From Caedibacter taeniospiralis (GTDB lineage Bacteria; Pseudomonadota; Gammaproteobacteria; Francisellales; Francisellaceae), in contig NZ_PGGB02000004.1 of the NCBI RefSeq assembly GCF_002803295.2, forward strand, positions 56,728 to 81,793: a DNA stretch of 25,066 bases, written 5' to 3'. Positions within the stretch are counted from its first letter, which is position 1. Each line of letters begins with the position of its first letter. This document shows positions 8,224 to 18,237 of the stretch, one piece after another. The translations under genes and the position numbers were made by a program. The notes under the pieces were generated by a model. That model ran no database searches. It had not been told where the DNA came from and saw nothing but the letters and a program-made list of their open reading frames with translations.

Positions 8224-8834
8224 AAATTCATCAACATCTTTTGCAGTTCATTCACGGGAACTTGCTGAGTTTCTTTGTGCATTTTACCATCCTTGCCTAG
8301 CCATTCTTTTGTTACCATAGCTGTTTTACCATCCTTATTGGTTTGAATGCTTACAGCATTAAACGAGCGCTGTACAGTATTGGCATCAGTAGCATTAACT
8401 GGTTTTTGGGTGGTAGGCGTGGATACTTGAGCAGCAGGCTGTGCTGCTACGGCATTCATTTGTTGTTGCAGTTGCTGCATCTCGGACTGAATACGCTGTG
8501 CAGTTTGCTGATATTTTTGTTCAAACGCTTGACGCTGTGCATCTAATTGCTGCTGCTGGAGAGCCAATGCGTTGACTGCCTGCTGATATTTTTCCTGAGC
8601 TTGAGATTGCTTAATTTGTGCGGTATTAACCCAACCAACTTGTCCTGTGGCAGTATCGGCTACCTTAATCCAGCCACCTTGTTGATAAAACTGAATATAT
8701 TGATTCTGGTTTTGGTCAGTCAGTTGTGAGACGACTTGTGAATTTGCATCAGGTTGATTATAAACCTGATATGTGGCGGCAAAAGCACTGGTTGAAGCTG
8801 CTGCCAAACCTAAAGCTAAGAGTAGTTTCTTCAT
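8220..8834 (-). CDS. Periplasmic SH3-like domain protein with Gln-rich coiled coil
   Basis: 204 aa. Signal peptide MKKLLLALGLAAASTSAFA, SH3b-like YQVYNQPDANSQVVSQL...GGWIKVAD..GQVGWVN, then a long Q-rich helix. Confidence 0.7.
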   Translation of the reverse strand: MKKLLLALGLAAASTSAFAATYQVYNQPDANSQVVSQLTDQNQNQYIQFYQQGGWIKVADTATGQVGWVNTAQIKQSQAQEKYQQAVNALALQQQQLDAQRQAFEQKYQQTAQRIQSEMQQLQQQMNAVAAQPAAQVSTPTTQKPVNATDANTVQRSFNAVSIQTNKDGKTAMVTKEWLGKDGKMHKETQQVPVNELQKMLMNF

Positions 8835-8857
8835 ATTGATTCCTCACGTTATGTTGA

Positions 8858-8884
8858 TTAAAAATAACTGATCACAAGATCAGT
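8858..8884 (-). terminator. Putative intrinsic terminator for the 8960..10315 MFS gene
   Basis: Minus strand ACTGATC-TTGT-GATCAGT followed by TATTTTTAA. 7-bp perfect stem (8867..8873 / 8878..8884), modest GC content. Confidence 0.45.
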
Positions 8885-8959
8885 AGCGGCTAAAAACACA
8901 ACCAAACTAAAAGAATAAACTTAACATAAACTTAAGGAATTCAGCACTTTTGATAAAGT

Positions 8960-10315
8960 TTATAGCAGGTATGCCTTTAGCTTTTCCTCATCAAAATGCT
9001 TCTTATCCACCTTAAGATACGCCACACATTCATCCAGGCAAACCATTGCTTCTTCAACGCCTGGGATAGTCAGGAGCTTTTGTTGCAGTGCTTTCGCGTC
9101 TGTGCACGCACCAAGCTTATCCAAACCATACAGCCTGGTGCTTAACTGCTTTGGCTGTTGCATCGTTGCAGCGATTGCCACCCAGATGACACCTAAGACA
9201 CCATTAAAAACAAATACCCCTTTGACACCAAACTGATGCAATATCATGCCTCCCAATGCCCCACCAAAAAAAATACCTAAAAACTGCGCACTTGAGTAAA
9301 TACCCATAGCAGTCCCCTTACTGGCGATCGGTGATATTTTTGAGATAAGTGAAGGTAATGCCGCTTCTAAGAAGGTGAAACTTGCAAAATAGAAAATGAG
9401 CAAAATACTCATGACGATGATATGCTGATCAAACTCAAATAACAAAAACTGCATTGTGGTTACTACAACAATGGCACCGACAAAAATTGGCTTCATTAAA
9501 TTTTTAGTTTCAGCAAGGATAATAAACGGCACCATCAGTAAGAAGGAAATAAGCAATACTGGCAAATAAACCATCCACTGCTCAGCACTCTCAATGCCGA
9601 TATAATCAATTAAAATGAGGGGAACAACGATAAACAAAGCCGTAAGCATTGCATGTAAACTAAAAATGCCGTAGTTTAAACGCAGGAGCTCAGGCTTACA
9701 CAGCACACTTTTTATTTGCCTGGGTGTTGTTTCACTGCCGCGATGAAAAATAATTTTGGTTGGTGTGGGCACACCATAAACCAGAATAACGATACCGATT
9801 AAACCTAAAACAGCTGTTAGCCAAAATATTCCTGATAAACCCACTAAAGCGTTTAAAACGGGGCTTAAAACCATCGCCCCAATAAATGATAATCCAATGG
9901 TCATGCCGATAACAGACATCGCTTTCATACGATTCTCTTCCTTAGTAGTATCAGCAATAAGCGCCGTTAGCGTACTGCCTATTGCTCCTGCTCCTTGCAG
10001 CGCGCGTCCAATAATAATGCCATAAATTGTGTGCGACATGGCTGCGATGATACTGCCGATGATAAAAATAACCAAGCCAAATACAATGACTGATTTGCGA
10101 CCATACTTATCCGACAAGACACCAAGAACAATCTGTAGCAATGCTTGCGTTAGCCCATAAACTCCCAAGGCCATTCCAACAAGAGTTGGGGTTGCATCGA
10201 TAATTTTATCCGCATAAAGACTAAAAATGGGCAAAATAATGAACAGTCCAAGCATCCTAAACGCATATATGGCGGCGATGCTTAGCGTCGATTTTCTTTC
10301 TGATTGTAATAACAT
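8960..10315 (-). CDS. MFS transporter with C-terminal ferredoxin-like/HMA-type domain (YajR-like)
   Basis: The track ORF starts at 10453, but MLLQSERKSTLSIAAIYAFRMLGLFIILPIFSLYAD (ATG at 10315) is the likely start. GVLSDKYGRKSVI motif. Soluble C-terminus LLTIPGVEEAMVCLDECVAYLKVDKKHFDEEKL resembles YajR. Confidence 0.85.
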   Translation of the reverse strand: MLLQSERKSTLSIAAIYAFRMLGLFIILPIFSLYADKIIDATPTLVGMALGVYGLTQALLQIVLGVLSDKYGRKSVIVFGLVIFIIGSIIAAMSHTIYGIIIGRALQGAGAIGSTLTALIADTTKEENRMKAMSVIGMTIGLSFIGAMVLSPVLNALVGLSGIFWLTAVLGLIGIVILVYGVPTPTKIIFHRGSETTPRQIKSVLCKPELLRLNYGIFSLHAMLTALFIVVPLILIDYIGIESAEQWMVYLPVLLISFLLMVPFIILAETKNLMKPIFVGAIVVVTTMQFLLFEFDQHIIVMSILLIFYFASFTFLEAALPSLISKISPIASKGTAMGIYSSAQFLGIFFGGALGGMILHQFGVKGVFVFNGVLGVIWVAIAATMQQPKQLSTRLYGLDKLGACTDAKALQQKLLTIPGVEEAMVCLDECVAYLKVDKKHFDEEKLKAYLL

Positions 10316-10323
10316 GCGTAAAC

Positions 10324-11337
10324 CTAGACGTTGATAGCTAACCCTAAATCGCCAAACAGTATAAATAATAATTTGTAGATAATAAAACTCATGAGCATGC
10401 AACAAGGCAGAGTTAATAACCATGCGGTTGCCATGGTTCGTACTACTCGCCAATTGACCCCACCACTTTCTGGGTATCCTGCCCCCATAATGGAGCCAGA
10501 GGCTGCCTGCGTAGTACTCACAGGCAGTCCCAAATGAGAAGCACCAAGGATAAGTAACCCTGAGCTCATCTCAGCAGCAAATCCGTTCGCAGGTCCAATT
10601 TTGGCGACACGAGTCGTTAAAGTTTTAATAATCCGCATACCTCCTGTTAGCGTCCCTAGTGCCATGGTAAGCGCACACAGCGCAATCACCCAGGTTGGGA
10701 TATATGTTACTGTGGATACCATTCCAAAACTAAACAAAGCAAGGGTTATAATCGACATGGTCTTTTGGGCATCATTTGAACCATGACTAAGCGCCAATAA
10801 GCTGCTTGAGATAACCTGAAGCTCACGAATCTGCGCATTTGATTTGCGCGGTGTTTTTCTTTTACTTAAAACTCTAAACACGATAACCACCAGAATAAGT
10901 GCCACAAAAAATGCCATGATGGGGGATAGTATCATCGGAATAATAATTTTCCAAACCAGAACTCCATAATGGACGGTTCCAAAGTTACTTGCAGCAACCG
11001 CAGCGCCTACAAGCGAACCAATCAGTGCATGCGAAGAGCTTGATGGGATGCCAAAATACCATGTAAGCAAGTTCCAGGTAATTGCTGCAAATAAGCCAGC
11101 AATTAACACTAAATGGGTAATAACATTGGCATCAACTAAGCCCTTACTAATCGTTGTCGCAACAGCCGTACCGATAAAAGCACCCACAAAATTAAAAACT
11201 GCTGCAAGAATAATTGCCTGATAAGGTGAGAGTGATCTTGAGGCAATTGGGGTTGCCACGACATTGGCAACATCGTGAAAACCATTGATAAATTCAAAAA
11301 ATAAGGCGATAAGGATAATACTAATAAGAACTGCCAT
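10324..11337 (-). CDS. PiT family inorganic phosphate transporter
   Basis: 337 aa. FEFINGFHDVANVVATPI, GIPSSSSHALIGSLVGAA, SHGSNDAQKTMSI, GLPVSTTQAASGSIMGAG. Confidence 0.93.
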   Translation of the reverse strand: MAVLISIILIALFFEFINGFHDVANVVATPIASRSLSPYQAIILAAVFNFVGAFIGTAVATTISKGLVDANVITHLVLIAGLFAAITWNLLTWYFGIPSSSSHALIGSLVGAAVAASNFGTVHYGVLVWKIIIPMILSPIMAFFVALILVVIVFRVLSKRKTPRKSNAQIRELQVISSSLLALSHGSNDAQKTMSIITLALFSFGMVSTVTYIPTWVIALCALTMALGTLTGGMRIIKTLTTRVAKIGPANGFAAEMSSGLLILGASHLGLPVSTTQAASGSIMGAGYPESGGVNWRVVRTMATAWLLTLPCCMLMSFIIYKLLFILFGDLGLAINV

Positions 11338-11342
11338 TGTAA

Positions 11343-11990
11343 TTAGATTTCCTTAACATAAATGCGCATGACCGAATCACACAGTGTGGCACTTGTCTCA
11401 ACTGCTGATTCAACCGCTTTAAATACTTCCTTAAGTTTAATCGTGGTCAGGGTGTCATAGTCTGCTTTTTTAATCAGATCAATGGCATCACCTAAGTCTT
11501 CAACCACGTTTTCATCGAGCTCAGTTGCACGCTGTGAAGCAAGTTTAAGTTTTTGACCATCTTTGTTTTTAAAAGCAATTAACAGCTCGCACAGCGATTT
11601 GGTCATTTCCTGCAGTGTTACAACACTGCGAATCAAACAATCATCAACTTTGCTGTCAATGGCATAAATCTGCATTTTTTTATTAATTTTGATAATGCGC
11701 TTGGTAAGCTTTAACATAATCCCTGAAAGATGAAAAATATCACCGCGATCAATAGGAGTGATGAACTGCTCATTGAGTTCAATAATAATCCTTTTATTGA
11801 TCTCTACGGCATTTTGGCGCTGTTGACGAAGCTTAAGCATAAGCTCTGACGCCTGACAGGCATTTTCCTCATTAACGATATCCACAAGAAACGACGCCGA
11901 TAGGTGAACATTTTCAGCAGCCTCAACAAACAGATCAAAAAAAATGTCTCCTCGGCTTGGGATAAGTGATTTAATAATTTTTCGCAACAT
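11343..11990 (-). CDS. DUF47 / TIGR00153 family PhoU-like protein, partner of the Pit transporter
   Basis: 215 aa. FFDLFVEAAENVHLSA, PIDRGDIFHLSGIM, length, and position 5 bp upstream of the Pit gene. Confidence 0.88.
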   Translation of the reverse strand: MLRKIIKSLIPSRGDIFFDLFVEAAENVHLSASFLVDIVNEENACQASELMLKLRQQRQNAVEINKRIIIELNEQFITPIDRGDIFHLSGIMLKLTKRIIKINKKMQIYAIDSKVDDCLIRSVVTLQEMTKSLCELLIAFKNKDGQKLKLASQRATELDENVVEDLGDAIDLIKKADYDTLTTIKLKEVFKAVESAVETSATLCDSVMRIYVKEI

Positions 11991-12084
11991 ACGCGGATTT
12001 TCTATAAACCTTCAAGGTATCGCCATGATAATTGGATTAAGGCAAAACACAACCTTAAACTTTAATTTTTAAGGAAGAAAACAC

Positions 12085-12636
12085 TCACTTTACACTTGCT
12101 AAAAATCGCTGCCAGTCGAACCCCACACCAGGGTCCGTTTTCCTTTGAGGAGCAATCTCTGAATGTCCTGTTATATTATTTTCAATATCTGGATATTTCC
12201 GCCTGATTGCGTCGGTCAGTCGAGACAGGCTTTGATATTGCGCATCCTTGAAGTGCGTTTTATCCGTGCCTTGAAGCTCAATCCCAATCGAAAAATCATT
12301 ACAGTTTTCTCGCCCTTTGTAACAGCTTATACCCGCATGCCAGGCACGCTTTTCTGTGGAAACAAACTGGATAATGTCACCTGCTCTTTTAATATAAAAA
12401 TGGCTGGACACGGTCAGATTTTCTAACCCCACAAAACGCTTATCAAGCGTTATATCAAGTTTATTTAAAAACAGCTCTTCCACATGGGTATTATCGTACT
12501 CCCCTTCAGCTAAGGAAATACAATGAATGACCAGCAAATTCACCTCAGTGTTTTGTGGACGTTCATTATAATTAGGTGATGGCATCGACTGAACACCACT
12601 TAGCCAACCATCACTATTTAGCTGCAACTTATTCAT
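12085..12636 (-). CDS. ampD: 1,6-anhydro-N-acetylmuramyl-L-alanine amidase AmpD
   Basis: 183 aa. SPNYNERP, VNLLVIHCISLAEGEY, VSSHFYIKRAGDIIQFV, AWHAGISCYKGRENCNDFSIGIELQG, GHSEIAPQRKTDPGVGFDW. Confidence 0.93.
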   Translation of the reverse strand: MNKLQLNSDGWLSGVQSMPSPNYNERPQNTEVNLLVIHCISLAEGEYDNTHVEELFLNKLDITLDKRFVGLENLTVSSHFYIKRAGDIIQFVSTEKRAWHAGISCYKGRENCNDFSIGIELQGTDKTHFKDAQYQSLSRLTDAIRRKYPDIENNITGHSEIAPQRKTDPGVGFDWQRFLASVK

Positions 12637-12645
12637 CCTCTTTCA

Positions 12646-13761
12646 TCAGCTTCCTGCAAAAAACTCCTTTACATTATCAAACCACGATTTAGATCTTGGT
12701 GAATGCGTGTGGTGTTCTCCTATTGAATTACCAAAAGCCTCCAGTAACTCGCGCTGCTTGCTGTTTAGATTCACAGGAGTTTCAATGGTAACTTTACACA
12801 TCAAATCTCCCATGCTATTGCCTCTTAAAGACTTAACTCCCTTCCCTCTTAGCCTGAACATTTTACCAGTTTGTGTTTCAGCGGGAATTTTAAGTTTAAC
12901 CTTTCCATCAATCGTTGGGACATCAAGTTCCCCTCCTAAACATGCCGCCATAAAACTAATAGGTACTTCACAATACAAATCAGAACCATTGCGTTCAAAA
13001 ATAGCATGCTCCTTCACTCGTATTTGTACATACAGATCCCCTGCTGGCGCCCCATGTTCTCCTGCTTCGCCTTCGGCGGACAGCCTGATTCTATCTCCAT
13101 TATCAACACCTGCTGGAATCTTCACTGACAAAGACTTAATCTCTTGTCTTCTGCCTTGACCATGACAAGTACGACAAGGATCTTTAATCGTAGCACCTGC
13201 GCCATGACAGCTTGGGCAAGTCTGCTGTACTGAAAAAAATCCTTGCGACATACGCACGGCACCCGCTCCATGACAGGTGTTACAGGTTTGCCTGCCTGAA
13301 CCACCTGAGCCATGACAGCTGTCGCATGCAACATAAGTTGGCACTTTGATTTTCTTCGTTGTGCCATGCACGGCTTCCTCAAGCGTGATCTCAAGATTAT
13401 ATTGAAGGTCATTACCTCTTCTATTGTGAGCACGCGATGAATGCCCAGATCTCTGCCCTCCTCCAAAAATATCACCAAAAATATCACCAAAAATATCACC
13501 AAAGCCATGGGTCCCACTAAAGCCACCATGCCCGCCTTGATTAACCCCCGCGTGACCAAACTGATCATATGCTGCGCGTTTTTGCGGGTCACTTAAGACT
13601 TCATAAGCTTCTGATGCTTCTTTGAACTTGGCCTCTGCATCTTTATCCTCTGGATTCCTATCAGGATGATATTTCATCGCAAGTTTTCGATAAGAACGCT
13701 TTAACTCCTGTTCCGTGGCACTCTTCGACACCCCTAATATTTCGTAATAATCTCTTGGCAT
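12646..13761 (-). CDS. dnaJ: Chaperone protein DnaJ
   Basis: [14 protein letters not shown] domain with HPD, Gly-rich region, four CxxCxGxG zinc motifs. The track extends to 13797, but the MPRDYYE start is at 13761. Confidence 0.96.
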   Translation of the reverse strand: MPRDYYEILGVSKSATEQELKRSYRKLAMKYHPDRNPEDKDAEAKFKEASEAYEVLSDPQKRAAYDQFGHAGVNQGGHGGFSGTHGFGDIFGDIFGDIFGGGQRSGHSSRAHNRRGNDLQYNLEITLEEAVHGTTKKIKVPTYVACDSCHGSGGSGRQTCNTCHGAGAVRMSQGFFSVQQTCPSCHGAGATIKDPCRTCHGQGRRQEIKSLSVKIPAGVDNGDRIRLSAEGEAGEHGAPAGDLYVQIRVKEHAIFERNGSDLYCEVPISFMAACLGGELDVPTIDGKVKLKIPAETQTGKMFRLRGKGVKSLRGNSMGDLMCKVTIETPVNLNSKQRELLEAFGNSIGEHHTHSPRSKSWFDNVKEFFAGS

Positions 13762-13873
13762 ATTGCTACCATTATTTTGCGTAGGGGCGTATTGCATACG
13801 TCCCTTTGTTTAGTCAAATAAAAGCTGATCATAGCTTTTTCAAGGCTACTTATCGTCTAATCATTTCAATCGG

Positions 13874-15814
13874 TTATTTTTTATCATCATCTTTTACTTC
13901 TTCAAACTCAGCGTCGACAACATTGTCATTGCCTTTTTGTTGCTTTGAATCCTGATGAGCGGCACCATCCTTCGCATCGCCTTTATCCTGCGCTTTTTCA
14001 TATGCCTTTTGAGCAATTGGCGCAAACGCTTCTTCAAGCGCTTTTGTTTTGGCTTCGATATCTTCTTTACGATCTGTTTTTAAGGCAGCCTCCAAGTCAT
14101 TGCAGGCAGATTCCACTTTTGATTTTTCAGCTTCAGTGACCTTGCTTTCTAAGTCTTTGAGTGACTTGCGTGCACTATGCAATAGATTATCTCCCGCGTT
14201 GCGCACATTCACTAACTCATGAAATTTCTTATCAGATTCTGCATTCGCCTCAGCATCTTTAACCATGTTATTAATATCATTTTCAGACAAACCACTGGAT
14301 GCTTTGATCACAATATTTTGCTCTTTACCAGTCGCTTTATCTTTAGCGGATACGTTTAAAATACCATTGGCATCAATATCAAAAGTCACCTCAATCTGCG
14401 GCATACCACGCGAAGCTGGCGGAATATCTGACAAATCAAATCGACCTAGAGACTTATTTGCCGAAGCCATGTCACGCTCACCTTGCAATACATGAATGGT
14501 TACCGCTGGCTGATTGTCTTCTGCTGTTGAAAAAATCTGAGATTTTTTCGTTGGAATAGTCGTATTACGCTCAATAAGTTTGGTCATTACCCCACCCATT
14601 GTCTCAATTCCTAATGAAAGAGGAGTCACATCCAATAACAGGACATCTTTGACATCACCTGCTAATACACCACCCTGAATAGCAGCACCAACCGCAACCG
14701 CCTCATCAGGATTCACATCGCGACGTGGTTCTTTACCAAAGAAGCTTTTCACCTCTTCTTGCACTCTAGGCATACGCGTTTGACCGCCGACCAATAACAC
14801 ATCGGTAATCTGAGAAATTTTTAACCCCGCATCCTGCAATGCTTTTTTACAGGGCTCAATGGAGCGCTTGATCAAGTCTTCCACAAGAGCCTCAAACTTT
14901 GCACGCGTTACTTTGATGTTAAGGTGTTTGGGTCCCGTGTTATCCGCAGTGATATAGGGCAAGTTCACATCAGTCTGTTGTGCTGAAGACAGTTCAATTT
15001 TTGCCTTCTCAGCCGCTTCACGCAGGCGCTGGAGTGCCAGTGTGTCGTTGTGCAGATCAATACCACTTTCTTTTTTGAACTCACCAATCAAGTAGTTCAT
15101 TAACGCCACGTCAAAATCTTCACCTCCAAGGAAAGTATCACCATTGGTTGCTAATACTTCGATTTGGCTGTCACCATCCACGTTGGCAATCTCAATAATG
15201 GACACATCAAACGTACCACCACCTAAGTCATAAACCGCAATCGTCTGATCGGCTTTCTGCTTATCCATACCATAGGCAAGAGCAGCTGCCGTTGGCTCGT
15301 TGATAATACGCTTAACATCAAGACCTGCAATGCGTCCAGCGTCTTTGGTTGCCTGACGCTGAGCATCATTAAAGTAAGCAGGAACGGTAATGACTGCCTC
15401 AGTAATCGTTTCACCCAAAAAGTCTTCTGCCGTTTTTTTCATTTTGCGCAACACTTCTGCCGATACCTGTGGAGGCGCCATTTTTTTATCTTTCAGCACC
15501 TCAACCCACGCATCACCATTGTCCGCCCTAACTACTTTGTAGGGTACTTTTTTAACGATATCTGTTTGCACGACTTTCTCATCAAACTTGCGTCCAATCA
15601 GGCGTTTGACTGCAAATAATGTATTATGTGGATTGGTAACGGCCTGACGCTTTGCTGCCTGCCCAACCAGAATTTCTCCCCCTTCTGTGTACGCCACGAT
15701 TGAAGGAGTTGTGCGCGCACCTTCTGCGTTTTCAATAACGCGCGCATTTTTACCATCCATTACTGCAACACAAGAATTTGTTGTCCCTAAATCTATACCA
15801 ATTATTTTACCCAT
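13874..15814 (-). CDS. dnaK: Chaperone protein DnaK (Hsp70)
   Basis: 646 aa. [77 protein letters not shown]-terminal EEVKDDDKK. Confidence 0.98.
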   Translation of the reverse strand: MGKIIGIDLGTTNSCVAVMDGKNARVIENAEGARTTPSIVAYTEGGEILVGQAAKRQAVTNPHNTLFAVKRLIGRKFDEKVVQTDIVKKVPYKVVRADNGDAWVEVLKDKKMAPPQVSAEVLRKMKKTAEDFLGETITEAVITVPAYFNDAQRQATKDAGRIAGLDVKRIINEPTAAALAYGMDKQKADQTIAVYDLGGGTFDVSIIEIANVDGDSQIEVLATNGDTFLGGEDFDVALMNYLIGEFKKESGIDLHNDTLALQRLREAAEKAKIELSSAQQTDVNLPYITADNTGPKHLNIKVTRAKFEALVEDLIKRSIEPCKKALQDAGLKISQITDVLLVGGQTRMPRVQEEVKSFFGKEPRRDVNPDEAVAVGAAIQGGVLAGDVKDVLLLDVTPLSLGIETMGGVMTKLIERNTTIPTKKSQIFSTAEDNQPAVTIHVLQGERDMASANKSLGRFDLSDIPPASRGMPQIEVTFDIDANGILNVSAKDKATGKEQNIVIKASSGLSENDINNMVKDAEANAESDKKFHELVNVRNAGDNLLHSARKSLKDLESKVTEAEKSKVESACNDLEAALKTDRKEDIEAKTKALEEAFAPIAQKAYEKAQDKGDAKDGAAHQDSKQQKGNDNVVDAEFEEVKDDDKK

Positions 15815-15998
15815 TATGATCTCCTCTTAATTTCAACGCCTCGAAATATGTCGACGCATTTTTATTTTTCAAGTTTTTCTTGTCTTAAGTTTTGTACCTT
15901 GTAAATTTCCAGCATTGCACTTGACGATTTTTACCCCCAAATACACATCCAACACGCTCCACATTTAAATGAAAACAGATGGAAAATCAGCTGAAATT

Positions 15999-16595
15999 CT
16001 AGTTTTTTACTACTAACACGCGCGCGGGTCGAATAACACGACCATTCAACTCATATCCTTTTTGAAAAACACTCATCACCACATTGTTGTGCATATCTGG
16101 ATTGGGCGACATTGCCATCGCTTCGTGCTTGTTCGGATCAAATACTTCACCAGAAGGATCAATTTGCGTAACCCCAAAGCGATCCAACGTATCCACCAAC
16201 ATTCTCATCGTTAATGCCACGCCTTCTGCCATGACTTTTGCTTCTTCTGACTCGGTCGAAACTTCCACTGCTTTTTCCATGCTGTCTAACACAGGTAAAA
16301 GCGCATTGGCAAATCTCTCCAACGCAAATTTATGCGCGCTCTCCACATCTTTTTGCGCACGCCTTCTGATATTCTCCATCTCAGCATGGGCACGCAAAAC
16401 CTTATCATCAGCTGTTGCCACCGTATCCTTCATGTTAGCAATGGTTGTTTTTAAAGCTTCATTTTCTTGATGAAGCTTTATGATTTCATCACTTGTTTGA
16501 CCTGATGGAGACTCAAGCTCGGTAGAGAGATCTTCTTGTGCCAACTCAAAATCTTCTTCGTGCTGCTTTTCGTGTTTTTCATATTTTTTTGACAT
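15999..16595 (-). CDS. grpE: Nucleotide exchange factor GrpE
   Basis: 198 aa. RAHAEMENIRRRAQKDVESAHKFALERFANALLPVLDSME, NPDMHNNVVMSVFQKGYELNGRVIRPARVLV. Confidence 0.96.
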   Translation of the reverse strand: MSKKYEKHEKQHEEDFELAQEDLSTELESPSGQTSDEIIKLHQENEALKTTIANMKDTVATADDKVLRAHAEMENIRRRAQKDVESAHKFALERFANALLPVLDSMEKAVEVSTESEEAKVMAEGVALTMRMLVDTLDRFGVTQIDPSGEVFDPNKHEAMAMSPNPDMHNNVVMSVFQKGYELNGRVIRPARVLVVKN

Positions 16596-16641
16596 TGGTG
16601 TACCTTGTTTTCTATATATGTTTTTGTAACGGCGTATCAGT

Positions 16642-16668
16642 TGTGGGCGCTTTTGTGCTTTTCAAGTG
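16642..16668 (-). promoter_or_regulatory. Putative sigma32 (heat-shock) promoter upstream of grpE
   Basis: Minus strand CTTGAAA (16668..16662), 11-nt spacer, GCCCACAAC (16650..16642), close to CTTGAAA-N11-16-CCCCATNT. Confidence 0.4.
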
Positions 16669-16847
16669 ATTATTTATGAAAGACTTTAATAATTTTTCGC
16701 TCACCCCGTTTGCCAAGAGGTGATGTCAACATGAGGTTACTCAACGCTGGTATCAGCGTACAAATTATTTACCAAAGCCAAATGAAACTTGATTTAACTC
16801 AATGAAAGAAGTTCAACTTGCTACTAAGATGGCGAGCTATTTCCAGA

Positions 16848-17921
16848 ATGGGACACAAGATGATATTTGAGCCAAAATGGATTGCATGGGAGACAACAAG
16901 AGAATGTAATCTAAGCTGTGTGCATTGCCGCTCCAGTGCCTGCACTGGACAATTTAGGGATGTTGATTTTGGCACGGAAGAAGGTTTTGCAGTCATTGAT
17001 AAAATCGCTGCAGTTTCAAAGCCCTGTCTTGTATTATCAGGAGGTGAACCGCTACTACGCCATGATGTGTTTGAGCTCGCGCACTATGGCGCCCAAAAAG
17101 GACTCCGCATGGCACTGGCAACCAACGGCACCTTGGTTGATGACAATATCTGCATTAAAATTAAAAACGCTGGAATTAAAATTGTGTCACTTAGCTTAGA
17201 TGGCAGCCTGGCAGAAACGCATGATACTTTCAGACAACAAAAGGGTGCATTTGACGCCACTATTACAGCTGCAAAACTTTTTAAAAAACATGAGATTCCA
17301 TTTATCATCAATTCTTCCTTCACTCAACAGAATCATCACGAGATCAAATCTACGTATCAGTTAGCCAAACAACTGCAAGCCAATGCGTGGTACATGTTTA
17401 TGGTCGTACCCACAGGTCGGGGTCAGAACCTCATGAATAAGTTGTTACATGACGAAAAATATGATGCAGCACTGGATTGGCATTATGATATGGAAAGCAA
17501 TGAACACGATATGCTGGTGCGCCCCACCTGCGCTCCACACTATTACCGCGTGCGTTTTGAGAAAAATAAGACTTCGGGACTTAACACCAAATCGCGCGCA
17601 CTCTCATTCTCAAGTGGCGGTTCCAAGGGTTGTATTGCAGGTCAATCCATTTTAACCATCGATGTTGAAGGAAACGTACATCCTTGCAGTTATCTGCCTT
17701 TGAATGCGGGCAATATTTTTAAGTCGTCATTACAAGACATATGGCAAAATTCGACAATTTTTAAAAACTTACGTGACTTTAAGCAGTATAAAGGGAAGTG
17801 TGGTCATTGCGAGTATATTAAAATCTGCGGCGGATGCAGGGCTAGAGCGCATTTCATGAAAGGTGATTATATGGCAGAAGAGCCCCTATGTAATTACATG
17901 CCTAAGCGCTTACACGGATAA
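16848..17921 (+). CDS. Radical SAM / SPASM domain protein, NirJ/AhbD/PqqE-like
   Basis: Track ORF starts at a TTG (16818); ATG at 16848 or 16860 is more likely. WETTRECNLSCVHCRSSA (CxxxCxxC), LSGGEPLL, and C-terminal SPASM cysteines KGKCGHCEYIKICGGCRARAHFMKGDYMAEEPLCNY. Confidence 0.88.
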   Translation: MGHKMIFEPKWIAWETTRECNLSCVHCRSSACTGQFRDVDFGTEEGFAVIDKIAAVSKPCLVLSGGEPLLRHDVFELAHYGAQKGLRMALATNGTLVDDNICIKIKNAGIKIVSLSLDGSLAETHDTFRQQKGAFDATITAAKLFKKHEIPFIINSSFTQQNHHEIKSTYQLAKQLQANAWYMFMVVPTGRGQNLMNKLLHDEKYDAALDWHYDMESNEHDMLVRPTCAPHYYRVRFEKNKTSGLNTKSRALSFSSGGSKGCIAGQSILTIDVEGNVHPCSYLPLNAGNIFKSSLQDIWQNSTIFKNLRDFKQYKGKCGHCEYIKICGGCRARAHFMKGDYMAEEPLCNYMPKRLHG

Positions 17922-17957
17922 ACACACACGCGCTTGACGTAAATTGGGAGTAAAGAC

Positions 17958-18131
17958 TCATCTTGATTGAAGATATACCTGAGCATTTTCCTCTACCGAG
18001 GCAGACTTGTGGTTTTTGACTTGTAATTTTTTAGCCATGGTCGAGTTCGCCACGAAGTCCGTTCCTTCTGCCCAAGCAACATTACCACTCAAAAAAATTG
18101 CCATCATCGCGACTGATATTAGCTCTTTCAT
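17958..18131 (-). CDS. Small signal-peptide protein (57 aa), unknown function
   Basis: Manual translation: MKELISVAMMAIFLSGNVAWAEGTDFVANSTMAKKLQVKNHKSASVEENAQVYLQSR*. Strong SD AAAGGAG 7 nt before the ATG, Sec-type N-terminus. Missing from the track because under 60 aa. Confidence 0.6.
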   Translation of the reverse strand: MKELISVAMMAIFLSGNVAWAEGTDFVANSTMAKKLQVKNHKSASVEENAQVYLQSR

Positions 18132-18237
18132 AATCTTACTCCTTTAGGTTTAAAACACACTTAACTCATGTCTAAGCCTAGGCAAGACTATAAAAATTAA
18201 CAGCATTCACTTTAAGTTTCAGACATTTTCCTTGTGT

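Noticed and set aside
12053-12074. CCTTAAA...TTTAAGG inverted repeat just after ampD
   Set aside because: AT-rich 7-bp stem with an 8-nt loop and only a weak T-rich tail. Too weak to call a terminator confidently.
12707-13159. Plus-strand 150-aa ORF
   Set aside because: Antisense to dnaJ with no family resemblance or initiation signals.
13122-13592. Minus-strand 156-aa ORF
   Set aside because: Lies wholly inside dnaJ in another frame. Its length comes from low-complexity Gly-rich codons.
16084-16470. Plus-strand 128-aa ORF
   Set aside because: Antisense to grpE. A mirror ORF caused by the conserved coding strand.
16744-16759. ACGCTG-GTAT-CAGCGT hairpin between grpE and the radical SAM gene
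   Set aside because: Only a 6-bp stem without a T-run. Could be chance, and no partner structure or repeat was found in the window.
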